Source of the DNA: Ginglymostoma cirratum | Taxonomy: Eukaryota | Length of the DNA stretch: 64,000 nucleotides | Assembly: GCA_024137785.1 (NCBI GenBank) | Contig: JAHRHZ010000288.1 | Coordinates: 735,468-799,467, forward strand | Direction of reading: 5' to 3' | In this document: positions 1 through 12,429 of the stretch, one piece after another | Position numbering within the stretch: position 1 is the stretch's first letter | Layout: each line of letters starts with the position of its first letter | The notes under the pieces: generated by a model | Database searches by the model: none | What the model was told of the DNA's origin: nothing | What the model saw: only the letters and a program-made list of their open reading frames with translations | Made by a program: the position numbers and the translations under genes

Positions 1-112
1 ATGCTGTTTTAGGTTAACAAAGCAGACAATCAACAATTTTGTTTATATTACATGATGGAAATTGAATTGGAAATTGAGCACACTCCCAAGGACTGTCTGC
101 AAGTTGACTCAC

Positions 113-161
113 CCTTTGAAAAGCCACTGTAGAACTCCTTCTTGTTCAGATTTACTTGTTG
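113..161 (-). CDS. Putative 49-bp host coding exon (QQVNLNKKEFYSGFSK-G or TSKSEQEGVLQWLFK-G); gene unidentified
   Basis: Minus strand reads ...gtgacctgttgttttaag|CAACAAG...TTCAAAGG|gtgagtc: pyrimidine tract + AG acceptor and a strong GTGAGT donor, two of three frames open, in non-repetitive DNA. No homology confirmed. Confidence 0.35.
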
Positions 162-739
162 CTTAAAACAACAGGTCACAAACATGCATTCTGTGACAGC
201 AATGCAGGGTGTGTTTTTACTGAGACATCATCTTTCTCAGTTCCGTTGTGAGGAAATATCATACAATGATTCACTCACATCTCTTACACAATTCTTACTT
301 CTGATCTTTGCATTTCTGCGTATATCACCAGTAGATCACAGCAAAGCAAATATATATATAAAAGAGAATAACAAAACAAAAACAGAATAACAAAATGGAG
401 CCAGACAAATGCATTAACCTTTCTCAATCTCTTCTAATCATCCCGTTACCATGGTTATCTTGTCCTCTTAAACTCTTATATCATTGTATTACTGTAAGCA
501 CGATCTACAAACTAACATTTTCAGACTATCCCAAACATGGCTGACTGGCTCTCACACATACCATCACCCTCCTAGGATCTGGAGGGATCATTGCCAAAGC
601 TCATTTATGCCATGCATGTCCTGCTCAGCAGAAATTTGATTTCACTCATTGTGCTCCGACCTCAGTGACAACCCAGGAATTGAGATACTCAGACACTGGA
701 GCTATTTGTCCCACACTATCAGAATCAGAGGATAACAAA

Positions 740-966
740 ATTAAAGAACCACAGACACTGGACATCTGAAACAAAAAACAGAAAGCGTTGGAGAAATGAA
801 ACAGAACTGGCAGCATCTGTATAGAGAAAAGCAGAGTTAACATTTTGAGTCCAGTGACCCTTTAGGTTCTAATGAATGGTGACTGGACTTGAAATGTCAA
901 CTCTGTTTTTCCCTCCACAGTTGGTGTTAGACTTGCTGAGTCTCTCCAGCACTTCCTGTTTTTGTA
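740..966. mobile_element. Degenerate palindromic Penelope-derived non-autonomous element
   Basis: Left arm ctggcagcatctgtatagagaaaagcagagttaacattttgagtccagtgacc is mirrored by gtgactggacttgaaatgtcaactctgtttttccctccacag; same family as 11100, 12722, 31748, 38020 and 50430. Confidence 0.6.
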
Positions 967-1007
967 TTAGAACCACAGAGTTGGTCACCCAAAACCAAGT
1001 ATACTTC

Positions 1008-1615
1008 GAGTCATACGCTCATACAGCAGGGAAACAGACCCTTCGGTCCAACCAGTCCATGCTGACTATAATCCCAAATTAAACTAGTCCCACCTGTCTG
1101 CTCCTGGCCCATTTCCCTCCAAACCATTCTTTTCATGTACTTAAATAAGTGCCTTTTAAATGTTGAAACTGTGCCTCCATCCACCACTTTTCCAGGAAGG
1201 TCATTCCACATGCGAACCACTGTTTGTGTAAAATATTTGCTCCTCATGTCTTTTTTAAATCTCTCTCCTCTTACCTTAAAAATATGGCCCCTAGTCTTGA
1301 AATCCTCCTTTCTAGGGAAAAGACACCTACCATTAACCTATCTAAGACCCTCATGATTTTATAGACCTCTATAAGGTTACCTCTTGACCTCCTATGCTCC
1401 AGTGAAAAATGTCCCAGCCTGTCCAGCCTTTCTTTATAACTCAAACCTTTCTTACTCAGCAGCATCCTAGTAAATCTCTGCTGAACCGTCGCTGGCTTTA
1501 TAATATTCTTCCTATAACAGGGTGACCAGGACTGGACACGGTACTCCAGAAGAGGCCTCACCAATGTTCTGTACAACCTCAACATGACTTCCAAGCTCCT
1601 ATACTCAAAGGATTG
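1008..1615 (-). mobile_element. CR1 LINE 3' fragment (ORF2 C-terminus + 3' UTR)
   Basis: ORFs 1271-1594 (LYRTLVRPLLEY..SWSP..RFTRML..SYKERL) and 1011-1247 (FTQTVVRMWNDLP) are CR1 ORF2 C-terminal motifs. Confidence 0.92.
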
Positions 1616-1616
1616 A

Positions 1617-1712
1617 GAGCAGGAGCAGGCAAGTAGGACTAGTTTAGTTTGGGATTATGTTCGGCATGTACTGGTTGGACCGAACGGTCTGTTTCCGTGC
1701 TGCATGACTCTC
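1617..1712 (+). mobile_element. Short CR1 3'-end fragment, opposite orientation, inside the preceding CR1
   Basis: ggttggaccgaacggtctgtttccgtgctgcatgactct is the CR1 3' terminus; inverted relative to 1010-1105. Confidence 0.8.
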
Positions 1713-1859
1713 TGAGGATAAGCGTGCTAAACATGTTTTTAACCACTTGTCTATATGTAATGCAAATTTCAAAGAATTATGTACTTGAACGTCTACAACA
1801 CTCCCAAGATGCTACCAATTCTAATCACTGTTACAATGCATCAAAAATAAGAACAAAAG

Positions 1860-3020
1860 ACCTTGTATTTATATAACGCCTTTTGCACGTCCCAAAACAC
1901 TGTACAGGTAACTGAGCGCTTTTGAAAAATAGTTGTGATTGTAACGTAGGAAATGCAGCAATAAGTCACCTCCAAACCATTGTGGTAACGATCCAATAAC
2001 TTTTTTCTTGAATAATAAAACAAAGGACTGAGGCTGCTGGAGATCTGAAACAAAGAAAAATGGAAATTGCTGCAGAAAATCAGCCGGTCTGGCAGCATCT
2101 GTGGACAAAAAGCAGAGTTAACGTTTTGAGTGAAGAAGGCATTTGGTACTCTTGTCTTTATTGGTCAGTGCATTGAGTATAGGAGTTAGAAAGTCATGTT
2201 GCAGCTGTGCAGGATATTGGTTACGACACTTTTGGAATACTGTGCACAGTTCTGGTCTCCTTGCTATAAGAAGGACATTGTGAAACTTGAAATGGTTCAG
2301 AAAAGATTTACAAGGATATCGCCAGGGTTGGAGAGTTTGAGTTATAGGGAGGGGCTGAATAGGCTGGGGCTGTTTTCCCTGGAATATTGGAGGCTGAGAG
2401 GTGACCTTATTAAAGTTTATAAAATTATGAGGGGCATGGATAGGGTGAATAGACAAGGTCTTTTCCCTGGGGTGCGGGAGTCCAAAACCAGAGGGCATAG
2501 GTTTAAGGTGAGAAGGGAAAGATTTAAAAGGGCCCTAAAAGGCAATATTTTCACGCAGAGAGCGTGTATGGACTGAGCCGCCGGAGGAAGTGGTGGAGGC
2601 TGGTACAATTACAACATTTAAAAGGCATCTGTATGGTTATATGATTAAGAAGGATTTAGAAGGATGGGATGCTATCAAATGGGACTAGATTTATTTTGTA
2701 TATCTGGTCGGCATGGACAAGTTGGACCGAAGGGATCTGTTTCTATGCTGTACGGCTCTACGACTATATGAGTTCATTGACCCTTCTTCAGAAGTATTTC
2801 CTGATATTGGTTGAGGGACAAATATTGGCTAGGATACTGGAGAGCACTCCACTTTTCTTCAACAAAATAATGGCATGAAATTTTTGATGTTGACCTAAGA
2901 GGGAAGACAGGGCCTCAGTTTAATGCTTCATTTGAGGGATGACACTCCTGACAGGGAAGTACTGTGTTAGGAAGCCAGGCTAGATTTTATCCTCAGGTTT
3001 CTGTAACAGGATCTGATCAT
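1860..3020 (-). mobile_element. Deu-domain SINE (SacSINE1/AmnSINE1-like), interrupted by a Penelope-derived half element and a CR1
   Basis: 2800-2960 (ggttgagggacaaatattggctagg...gacagggcctcagtttaatg) resembles the reverse complement of the Deu domain; tail-like cttgtatttatataacgcc at ~1862. Confidence 0.6.
2132..2769 (+). mobile_element. CR1 LINE 3' fragment
   Basis: ORF 2196-2576 (LEYCAQFWSPCYKKDI...RLRGDLIKVYKIM...KTRGH); ends in ctctacgactat repeats; splits a Penelope-derived arm (2015-2131 / 2770-2793). Confidence 0.93.
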
Positions 3021-4992
3021 AACCTTTTTGGACTATACCTGAATTTTATTTATTCATCTTTGCTTCATATCTCTGGATACTGTAACCTCACCATACGTGA
3101 CATTGATGCATGGTATGACTTGCTGATATAAACATCAGACAACCCGAGAGATACCTTTCTTGACCAAAAACTGAACCAAAGAAAGAAAAGAAGCTGCTTT
3201 GTCAAAATACATGTTGGTGACATCTCGTATTCTCTGAGTTACAACAGAAATTGCATTTATATAGCACCTATAACATAACATCATGAAATGCTTAACAGGA
3301 GCATTATTGAACAGAATTTGATGCTGACTCAAATGAGGTGACGGTGGTTAGATGATCAAAAGCTGTGTCAAAGTGATCCATTTAAGGTACACAATAAAGG
3401 AGAATGTAGGTAGCGAGGTGGAAAGGTTTAGGGAGAGAATTCCAGAGTTACTGACCCTAGTAGGTTATATATTCCACCACTTTCAGTTGTGTCTTTACCT
3501 ATTAGGGGAAATGATGGAATATACATATTAAAAAATAGTCAGGGATAAGCAAAAGACCAGAACTGGAAGATCTCGATGTAAGCACCATTTTTGAAGATTT
3601 GAAGAATCTTATGCATGTTTATACCTAATACTGAGAAAGTGTCACACACTTTAAAGCAGCATTCTCTATGTGAGGTATTGTACTAAAGCACTTCAAAGTG
3701 TCCTTGAAGATAGCAGAACATTGAAAGAAAATCAGGAATCTATGGAGAGAGAGCAAGCTAACGTCTTGAGGCTGGATGTCTGACCCGATGTGATCTCCAG
3801 CATTTGTTGTTTGGAGTATAGATTCCAGCATGTGCGATAATTTGTTCCTAGATCAGGAATCTGTCCAGGAACGTTGGGAATAACTGTTCCCTCAGCTGAT
3901 GAAAGGAAATTAACCAGTCTTTTGCCTAATTGCTGTTAATGGGATCTTTCTGTACATTAACAACTCTTGTGCTTGCCTACAACAAATCAGCCTGTCTAAC
4001 CCACTGCACATGACGTTCCTTAAGATGTTTCTGGGAGATTTGATAGAGCATTATTTTAATGCAAGTGTTTCTATTTAAAGAAAGCAGTTATGGGAATGCG
4101 GCCCCGATAAAGACTGCAGTAAACTGATCCCATGTGCTTGTTTTTGGTCTGAATTTCTTGAGGTAATTTCCCACTTGAAAACAAAGGCAATTTTTTGTTC
4201 AGATGAGAATCCTCTACACATTGAATTATTTCTATTTACAGCAGTGATCTCAATGATAAAATGCTCCTTAAGCATTTTAAAACCGGCATTTTACTCTGTG
4301 GCTATGTTTAATGTAATATTCCCTCCTGTCCTCTGTATCTCATTGACATAATCAAGTTAGTATGTTTTTGTGGCTGCGATTCAAGTACTTAACAGATCTA
4401 ATTAGTTAACAGTGGCAAAACAAACATTAACAAGCACATCACTAATTGTTTATTTGGTGGGGGTGCTACAGGCAAAATGCCTTATTGTTAGATGATCATT
4501 CTGTTTAATCGTTGTTAGAAGGTGCATATATATAACAAAAATCTGTTCAGTTAATAATTCCTGTAATAATCTAACGCTGCATCAAGCCAATGTAGGTTAC
4601 ACAACAGTTATAAAGCTATAAATGGTCAAAGCCAAAAGCTAACACTTGCAAATGCAAAGTATTTGCATAACAAGAGAAAATGGAGCATTTTAATCTTAGT
4701 GGTTTATCAATTTTAAATGAGAAATATCCAGTGACAGTCAATGTTAATTCACTGCGCAGTCTCACAAAAAGAAATAAATTTCTTTTATATTTTAAATATT
4801 GTGTTGATTAATTTGCTAGCACGTCTGAATAGCAAGAGCAGTCTTCCTATGGTTAATCAGCCCCTCCAACCTCCACTCTTCCCATACCTTGATCATGGAA
4901 AGAGGACATGCTGATTTATAAGGATCATAGCTGGACATACTCAAGCTTCCTGTGATGGTGGACAGCTCCATGCCCAGTTCCAAGAAAAACCC

Positions 4993-5090
4993 TTTTCTGA
5001 AGAAGGGTCCAGACCTGAAACGTCAGCTTTCCTGCTCCTCTGATGCTGCTTGGCCTGTTGTGTACATCCAGCTCTACACCTTGTTATCTC
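4993..5090 (+). mobile_element. Penelope-like element 3' terminal fragment with hammerhead core
   Basis: CTGAAGA-a-gggt-ccag-acct-GAAAC-GTC (4997-5024), followed by the same terminus as 44087-44150. Confidence 0.8.
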
Positions 5091-6551
5091 TATTTGGAAG
5101 AGCAGCTGAGTTTAAGCCTTGCCTGCTCTCCCAAGTGAATTTAAATAACCCAACAGTGCTATTTCAAACAGGAGCAGAGCAGTTCTTCTTCGTGTTCTGA
5201 CCAACTTTCATCCCTAAAACATCACTAACAAACAAACAATCTGGATTTTATTTCATTGCTGTATGTTTCAGTTGAGTCAAGTATGACACCACTAAATGCC
5301 AAACGATACAGTCCTATCCTTTCCTCATAAGACAATCTGCTCATTTCAAGTACTAGCCTAGTCACCCTTCTCTGAACTACTTTCAAAATATTAATATATT
5401 TTTGTAGGTACAGTTACCAGTACACAGTAGTCCATATGCTGTCTCTCTATTGTCCTGTATGACTGAAGGCCCTTAGTATACCAGATGGGCCTTTACACCG
5501 ATCAGTGATAGTTATGATGGTCACCATTATTGGAAATAGCTTTTGCATTCCAGATTTTATTAATTAAATTTCAACTCCGCCAGCTGCCAGAGTGAGGATT
5601 CAAATCTGTATTCCCACGCTGTTCGTATGGGCCGCTAGTCTCATGATTTTACCAGTGTACCATTGTCTTCTGTATATGCTCAGATCTCTGGAATGGAGTT
5701 TGAACTCATGAACATCTCAAATCAGAGGTGAGAGTGTTACCCACTGATCGACAACTAGCAATGATGAACTTAAAAAAAGCGTTCACATCCCACAGGATGT
5801 CCTCTGTTGTAGGAATAACGTAGTTTTCTTTCATGTAGTACCGCTTATAATGTCAGGATGTTCCAAAATGTTTTACAGCCACTGAGTGCTTTTGGAAATG
5901 TGTTCATTACCCTTAAGTAGAACAGGACTTTCTGATGGGATATGAATTGGAGGCCTCACCTGTCCCTTTCAGTGGACATAAAGCATCTTGCTTCGCTATT
6001 TGAAAATAATCAGGCAAGTTTTTCCCATTGCTCCCACAGAGCCAAAGAAATTCATCAAGATTATTGATTTCCAGTTTCCTTGACCTAAAGGGACTAATAG
6101 GCCCATGTCCTATGGACAGGGACACTTCCTTTATATAACCTACTTGAAAGGCTAAAAATTAAGTCGACTCTTCCTGTCATACTCTTGTTGGCTCATAGCC
6201 AGGCGTAAAGAGATGGTTCGATTGCCTTTAGTTTTATAAGTGTATAAATTGACTGGGTGTCTGGTGATTCTTCCTTTCCCTGAGAGTGGTGATTGTCGGG
6301 ACTGCGTTGTTGGCTTGTGGGATGGGTGCTGACTCTACATTACCTTCATGCAAGGAGCTGAACTAGTTGGTTGCTGACTGAGTCAGAGATCACAAGAGAG
6401 CAATGGCATGGAGGCAATACAACTGAATGAGTAATGGAAAGGTCTGAACTAATCCTGTGGAGCCATAAATTCAAATCCAAATTAAATTCAATTAATTGTT
6501 AAATGCTAGTCTCATTAATAATAATCATGAAACTGCAGTCATATGAAAAGA

Positions 6552-6845
6552 GGAGGCAATCACCTAGTAGTATTATTGATAGACTATTAATCCAGAGACC
6601 CTGGTAATGTTATGAGGACCCAGGTTCAAATCCCACTGTGGCTGATGGTGGAATTTGAATTCAATTGAATTCAATGAAAACCTTGAATTAAAAGTCTAAT
6701 GATAACCATGCCATACCCTCATTTTGCGAATGAATTTGTCTAAAAAATCTGCTTATGTAATTTTAGGGAAAGTAAATCTGCCCTTCCAGAACAACAGTGA
6801 TCTGGTTAACCTTGAACTGCCCTCTAAAATGGTCTAGGAAGCTCC
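6552..6845 (+). mobile_element. tRNA-derived SINE (family shared with 19991, 58353, 60612)
   Basis: B-box GGTTCAAATCC at ~6623; body gactattaatccagagacc...gatggtggaatttgaattcaa. Confidence 0.7.
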
Positions 6846-8487
6846 ACACTTTAATGACAGGTCTTTTCAGAAATGCTTGCACCACAAGAATAAATAAAAT
6901 ATACAGCGTCTTTATTCCATTATAGATCCTATATTTTTGTATCTCTCTCTTTACCTCTCGCAGGAGATTACAAAGCTTCAGTGACAAGGGACAAAAGCTG
7001 GAGGACTGGGTTGGGGAGGTCCATACATTGTATGGACCGATGAAAAGAAATGCATAGTCAGCAAGGTTCCAACTGTCATGAGGTGTGGGTAGGCCTGATG
7101 AACCAACTAGCCTTTATTGGCCCTTAAATTTTGTATAGTCACTGTTTTATCACCTCAGAATAATCAGTGCTGATAGCACTGCAGTCATAATCCCACACTT
7201 ATCCATCGAGATCAGCATTTAATCTGCGCTTCCTTATTTCTGTCAGGTTAGATCAGTGATGTTTCTCCCCATATGCACTTGGCTGCAAAAGTATTCCATT
7301 AATTTTACACAGCCTGGTGAATGCAAGCTCCCAAAATCCACAAGGCAGTTCTATTCTGCTGTTTATTTACCTGAACTTGTACTTTTTAATACATTATTTG
7401 ATAGATCTCCATTTTCTGTTGGATCATGAGAGTCAACAAACTTTGTTAGAAACACATTGGGCTAGAATACTGCTGGGAAAGTAACAATGATGCTATCAGA
7501 GCTCACCATTAAATATGGACAAATGGGACAGCAAATTTTGGCAGAGCCTAAACGCAGAAAACTCAGAGGTTGCTGCCTGTAAGGATCACCTCATAATACA
7601 GATCCCTATTTAAATGTATGGCAAGATGAAGTCCTTATACTGGCAGTGTAGATATAGACTTTATTTGCTTCAAAACATCAAGGTTTATCAATCTTAGTCT
7701 AACAATCATTCTTTGATAGTATGATAAGTCCTAGTCACTGCCAAACATCTTCTGTGTTGTGGAAACAAATTTGACAAATGTTGAGTTGGATTTCTTCAAT
7801 TTATAATTATATATTCATTGTGTGGTACAGTAGATGATCAGTTAAATTGCTTTGTCCTTTGGGCTCCCTGTGTGAAGAACTCTGGCAGTTTTACTCCCCA
7901 GCCCTTTCCCTATAGCCCAAAATGTGCTTTCTCTTCAGATTCTTGTCCAATTCCCCTTAGAAAGTGATGACTGAACCTGCCTCAATCGCAATCCCAGGCA
8001 GCATCTTCCACATCCTAACCACTTGCTGCTTACAAAAGATTTTCCTCACAATTGCTTCTTTTTACAATCACCTTAAGTTAGTATCCTTTGGTCCTGTAAC
8101 TCATACAAACATGAACTGTTTCTGAAAATCTACACTGCTTAGATGCCTCATGATTTTAGATAGCGCTATCAAATCTCCTCTCAATCTCAGGAAACAGTGA
8201 ATCAATCAAATTCTTAAATCCATCTTTGTAACTAAAATTTCTCATCTCTGAAATATTTTCACAATCCTTTTATGCAGACCTTCACATCCATCCTAAAATG
8301 TAATGTCCAAAATTGGACACAATATTGCGGTATTTTATACAGGTTCATCTGAATTGTTTTGCTTTTGTCCTTTAGGTTTATAATTGTAAAAGACAGTTCA
8401 AATGAACCTGTAAAAAGCTCAAAATCTCATTAACTTTTCCAAGCACCTTGTCAACTCAATCTGTCAATTTTAATGATTTGTACACAC

Positions 8488-9841
8488 TGTTGCGAACACG
8501 TGCATATTTGTGGATTATGAGAATTAGAGAAAACGAAGATTTAGATGATTCCTGAGTTGCAAAAGACTTACCATGTGATTTTTTTTGGAATGGAAAAGAC
8601 AAAAGGTAAAAGAAGCGAGGATTTGTTTTTGGCACAAAGTCCAGTGGCTTTGGGACAGTAGCTTTTACAAGTGAGATCAGAGAATATTTAATAGCCTATA
8701 ATTGTTACAGAAACAGTCTGAAGGGGTTTAATTTGGAATCATAGAGATAGAGGTCATTCAACCCATCAAGTTTGCACTGATCTTCTGAAGTGCATCTAAC
8801 CCTATTCCCATAATCCCACATATACCATGGCTAATCCATCTAGCCTGCAAATCCCTGAAAACTGCGATACAATTTAGCATGACCAATTCACCAAACCTGT
8901 ACGTCTTTAGACTGTGGGAGGAAACCAGAGCACCCAGAGGAAACCCACCTAGACACAAGGAGAACATGCAAACTCCACACAGACATTCACCCAAGGCCAG
9001 TATCATTCCTGGTCCCCTGGCGCTGTGAGGCAGCAGTGCTAGCCACTGTGCCACTCTGAAGGTTGTCTAGCAACAGCCTCTGAACCTCTGATTCTCGTTT
9101 TGTCACAGACTTGAAAACTGTTCAGTTGAGGAGAAGCTTGTGAGGAAATAATGCTATCTGTCTGTCTCTCTCTCACTGACTAAGAGATGATCTTTAAAGA
9201 AAAACTAAATAAAGAAATAATTCGGTGAAGTAGTATATTGGGTACTTCAGAAAGTTGCAGAATCAGTAACTTCGAGCTCCTCATAGACTCTGAATGATGA
9301 ACTGTTGTTAGTCCAAACACCTGTGTCTAACTCCGTTTGAACTTAGGATCTTCCATCGCTTTGTGGCTAACAGCAACATAATCTCATTGACAAGAAACCA
9401 AAGGAACTGTGAGGAAGTTTCCTTATTCTGCATTTTAATTTGGACTCTTAATAGGGTTCTTCCCTATTTCTCTGCCCATAATTGCTCTGCAGAGCTGTCC
9501 CATCTTGTCCTGTTTCAGTGTAAGTGTGTGTGTGTGTGCGCGTGCGTTCGGGATTAAGGAACCACAATTTAATCCTGTAAAGAATCTTATTTAATAAGCA
9601 GTTTGGCAATATGTTTAAAGCATGAGTTTTGTTTCTATTAAGTAGGTTATTCTTCAGTTCACTGAATAAACATGGTGAAAATCTCTTCTTTTCGAGAACT
9701 GTAAAAAAGAGGACGATTCGACTACTTTGGTGATTAAATAAGACATTTACATGTTTGATCTGGCTCATAGATTAGGAGACACGATTTTAAGAGTACTCAG
9801 CCTTTCAGAGTCATTACATACAACTCCAGTTCTGCTGCAAC
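8488..9841. mobile_element. Possible solo LTR inserted in an old minus-strand CR1
   Basis: Starts tgttgc and ends ~gcaac; CR1 sequence resumes on both sides; internal (GT)n and AATAAA at ~9665. No clean TSD. Confidence 0.35.
8738..9056 (-). mobile_element. HE1-type V-SINE
   Basis: Minus strand ggcacagtggctagcactgctgcctcacagcgccaggg...gtgtggagtttgcatgttctcc...ggtttcctcccacagtc (V-domain) with a CR1-like tail. Confidence 0.87.
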
Positions 9842-10551
9842 GGGATTGTACCATTTAAATTATATTTACCTCTTGTAATTCTTCTTACAAAAGGTATCAC
9901 TTCAAACTCCTCTGCATCAAATTTCATCAGCGTTGTGTTCCCTCTTTCACGGTGAGGTTTCTTGAGGTTTGTCACTGTACTCCTTACAGCCCACAATACA
10001 TCAATATTTATATTTTTTAAAATATGTTCTTTTCAAACTTATTAAAAATTTGTCTCTTAATCCAATCTTCCCTCCACACTCTCTATTTCACTTTCTGTGC
10101 CTGAATTGACATTGAAATTATTATTTCAACTTCCACTTCCTGGCTGAGAGTCTGTGCAGCTCACCATCAAAGCCTACCTGTGAATAGCTAAGTAAATACA
10201 TAGTAGTTTGCCCATTTCATGACTGAACCTCCATAGCCAACTTCTCTTTCTCTCTCTCTATCCCCATTGGTTGGCATTCCTTTGTTCCCTTAGTACACAA
10301 AATTATCTTGATCTCAGACCCAAATGTACCCAATGACTATCGCAACCATTTAGTATCTATCCTGTCAAGCCCTCTGAAACATTTATACATATCAATGAGA
10401 TCATTTTCTATTCCTCTAAATTCCAAAGAATATAGGCTTTTTTAATTATTTGCTTTACATTATTGGCAAATTTGGATACATTATACTCAATCCCCTCATC
10501 AAAATCATGAATATATATCATAAGCAACTGAGGTCCCAGCTCTGATCCTTG

Positions 10552-10638
10552 ATAACAAGCATGGGGCTGGATGAACACAGCAGGTCAAGCAGCATCATAG
10601 GAGCAGGAAAACTTGACGTTTCGGGCCTAAACCAGGTG
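10552..10638 (-). mobile_element. Tiny Penelope-like terminal fragment with 14-bp TSD
   Basis: Near-identical to 42566-42648; TSD agctctgatccttg at 10538-10551 and 10639-10652. Confidence 0.88.
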
Positions 10639-11099
10639 AGCTCTGATCCTTGTCAGTTTAAGCCTGTTCACCTGAAAATGATTCATTTTCTGTCCATTAA
10701 TTAATCCTCAATCCATGCTAATACATTACCCCCAAACCCAACTTTTATAATGGCTTATATAGATAGACTGTACAGGGCACCACTTCATTTAGACGTATTG
10801 CTGACTGAAACCTATTCAGTAAAACCCCTTGAAAACGGTTAAACGTAAATCTAAAAAATGCTGGGCACCACTTCTTAACCACTTACATCTAAGTGCAAAG
10901 TGTTTCAAGACATTTTGATAGCTAAGACACAGTGTGAATTTTAAAATGAAGAGATAATGTATTGGAGGTAGAGATTTAAAGTCAAACCAGCTATCAATTG
11001 GCCAGATCCCCAAATTAAACTCAAAATAACTTGTACAATTTCGAATAGAATGTTATAAGACTGGCTTATGTAGGTCAAACAAGGTAACAAAATCTCAAA

Positions 11100-11350
11100 T
11101 AAAATTAAAACTATGAATGCTGGCAATGTGTAAAAAAACAGAAACTACTGAAAATATTCAGTAGTTCTGGCAGGATCTGTGAAAAGAGAAACATGTTGAA
11201 TGTTTTGAGTTCTGTGTAACTCTTCTCGATATGACCTTGCTTCTGAGTCTGTGAGGAAGAGCCACCTTCAACTCAGTTTATTAACTCTGTTTCTTTATTT
11301 ATGGATGCTACCAGGCTAGTTGATTATTTCCAGCATATTTTGTTTTTATA
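11100..11350. mobile_element. Palindromic Penelope-derived non-autonomous element (degenerate)
   Basis: Inverted arms aaacagaaactactgaaaatattcagtagttctggcaggatctg / ggatgctaccaggctagttgattatttccagcatattttgttttt. Confidence 0.6.
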
Positions 11351-11836
11351 ACAAAATTATGCTTCATATTGAATAATTTGCTTTAAAAAGGTATTTCTGT
11401 TCCAGCCCTTGGGTGCATTGGTGATGACATAAGATAAAATATATAAAAGTGTCAAGCTGTCCATCTGTTTGTTTGATGCCAAACCCTGTGATGCTTGGGC
11501 CAACCTCAACCAAACCTGGCGAATGAGACCTTGAACCAAGGATGGTTGATACCTATGTACCAAAAGTGGGTGGGAGCAGAGGGCTTTGTCTTCTTAGGGT
11601 TTCCCTTGGCCCTCATGACACTACACCCCCACTAACATTTACACATGCTTTACCAACCTTTGCCACACATTCCAAGAAATAATATGATGAATTTGCATAA
11701 TAATCTCTGATTTTCATGTTTTTATTCACGAATTTTATCTGTTTCATATTGGTTATGTTCTGCGACACTATACATTATCACCTAAGTGACAGGCAGCATA
11801 TGGAGCCAACAAAATAGAGTGAAAACAAAAGGACAC

Positions 11837-12265
11837 AAGAATATAAGAAACAGGTACAGGAGGAGGCAATTCAACCCCTGCAGCCTGCCTTACTGCTGTA
11901 TAAGATCATGGGTGATCTAGCCCAGACTTACAGTCCTCTTGTGTGCCTGTTCTGCATTGCCGTCAACACCTTTACATTTCAATAATCTATCTACGTCCTC
12001 TTTATATACTTTAAGTGATTTAGTCTCTACAGCTGTATCGGGTGGAGGATACCAGACATTCAATAAGGTCTAAGAGAAGAAATTCCTTTGCATCTCAGTT
12101 TTAAATGGGTGTTCCCTTATTGTCTAACTATGTCCCCTTGTCCAAGATTCCTCCATTCGTGGAAACACCTTCTCAACCTCTATCCTGTCAAGCCCCCTCA
12201 GCATCTTGTATGTTTCAAAAAGATCATCGCTCATTCTTCTAAACTCAAATAATCAAAGGCCTAAC
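11837..12265 (-). mobile_element. CR1 LINE 3' fragment
   Basis: Tail caagaatataagaaacagg; body agaagaaattcctttgcatctcagttttaaatggg. Confidence 0.8.
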
Positions 12266-12429
12266 CAAAACAACAGGCAGTTAACAGAAGGCAACGGACA
12301 GCAAACAGAGAAAAAGATAATGAAGAAACTAGAGTTAGAAGGCAATAAATTGACAGAATAGCAACAAAATGCAGAAAGAACCATGTTCCAAGTAAGAGAA
12401 TATAACTCCTAATGGAAACTTTCCCTAAG

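Noticed and set aside
646-843. ORF with a strong tttgtttcag acceptor on the minus strand
   Set aside because: The acceptor and half the ORF lie in a Penelope-derived repeat arm.
1010-1712. Inverted pair of CR1 3' ends resembling terminal inverted repeats
   Set aside because: The copies are clearly diverged and the inner one ends at the natural 3' terminus; an independent insertion is simpler.
12265-12410. Purine-rich stretch ending caa|gtaaga, exon-like
   Set aside because: Stops in the plausible frames and no acceptor upstream.
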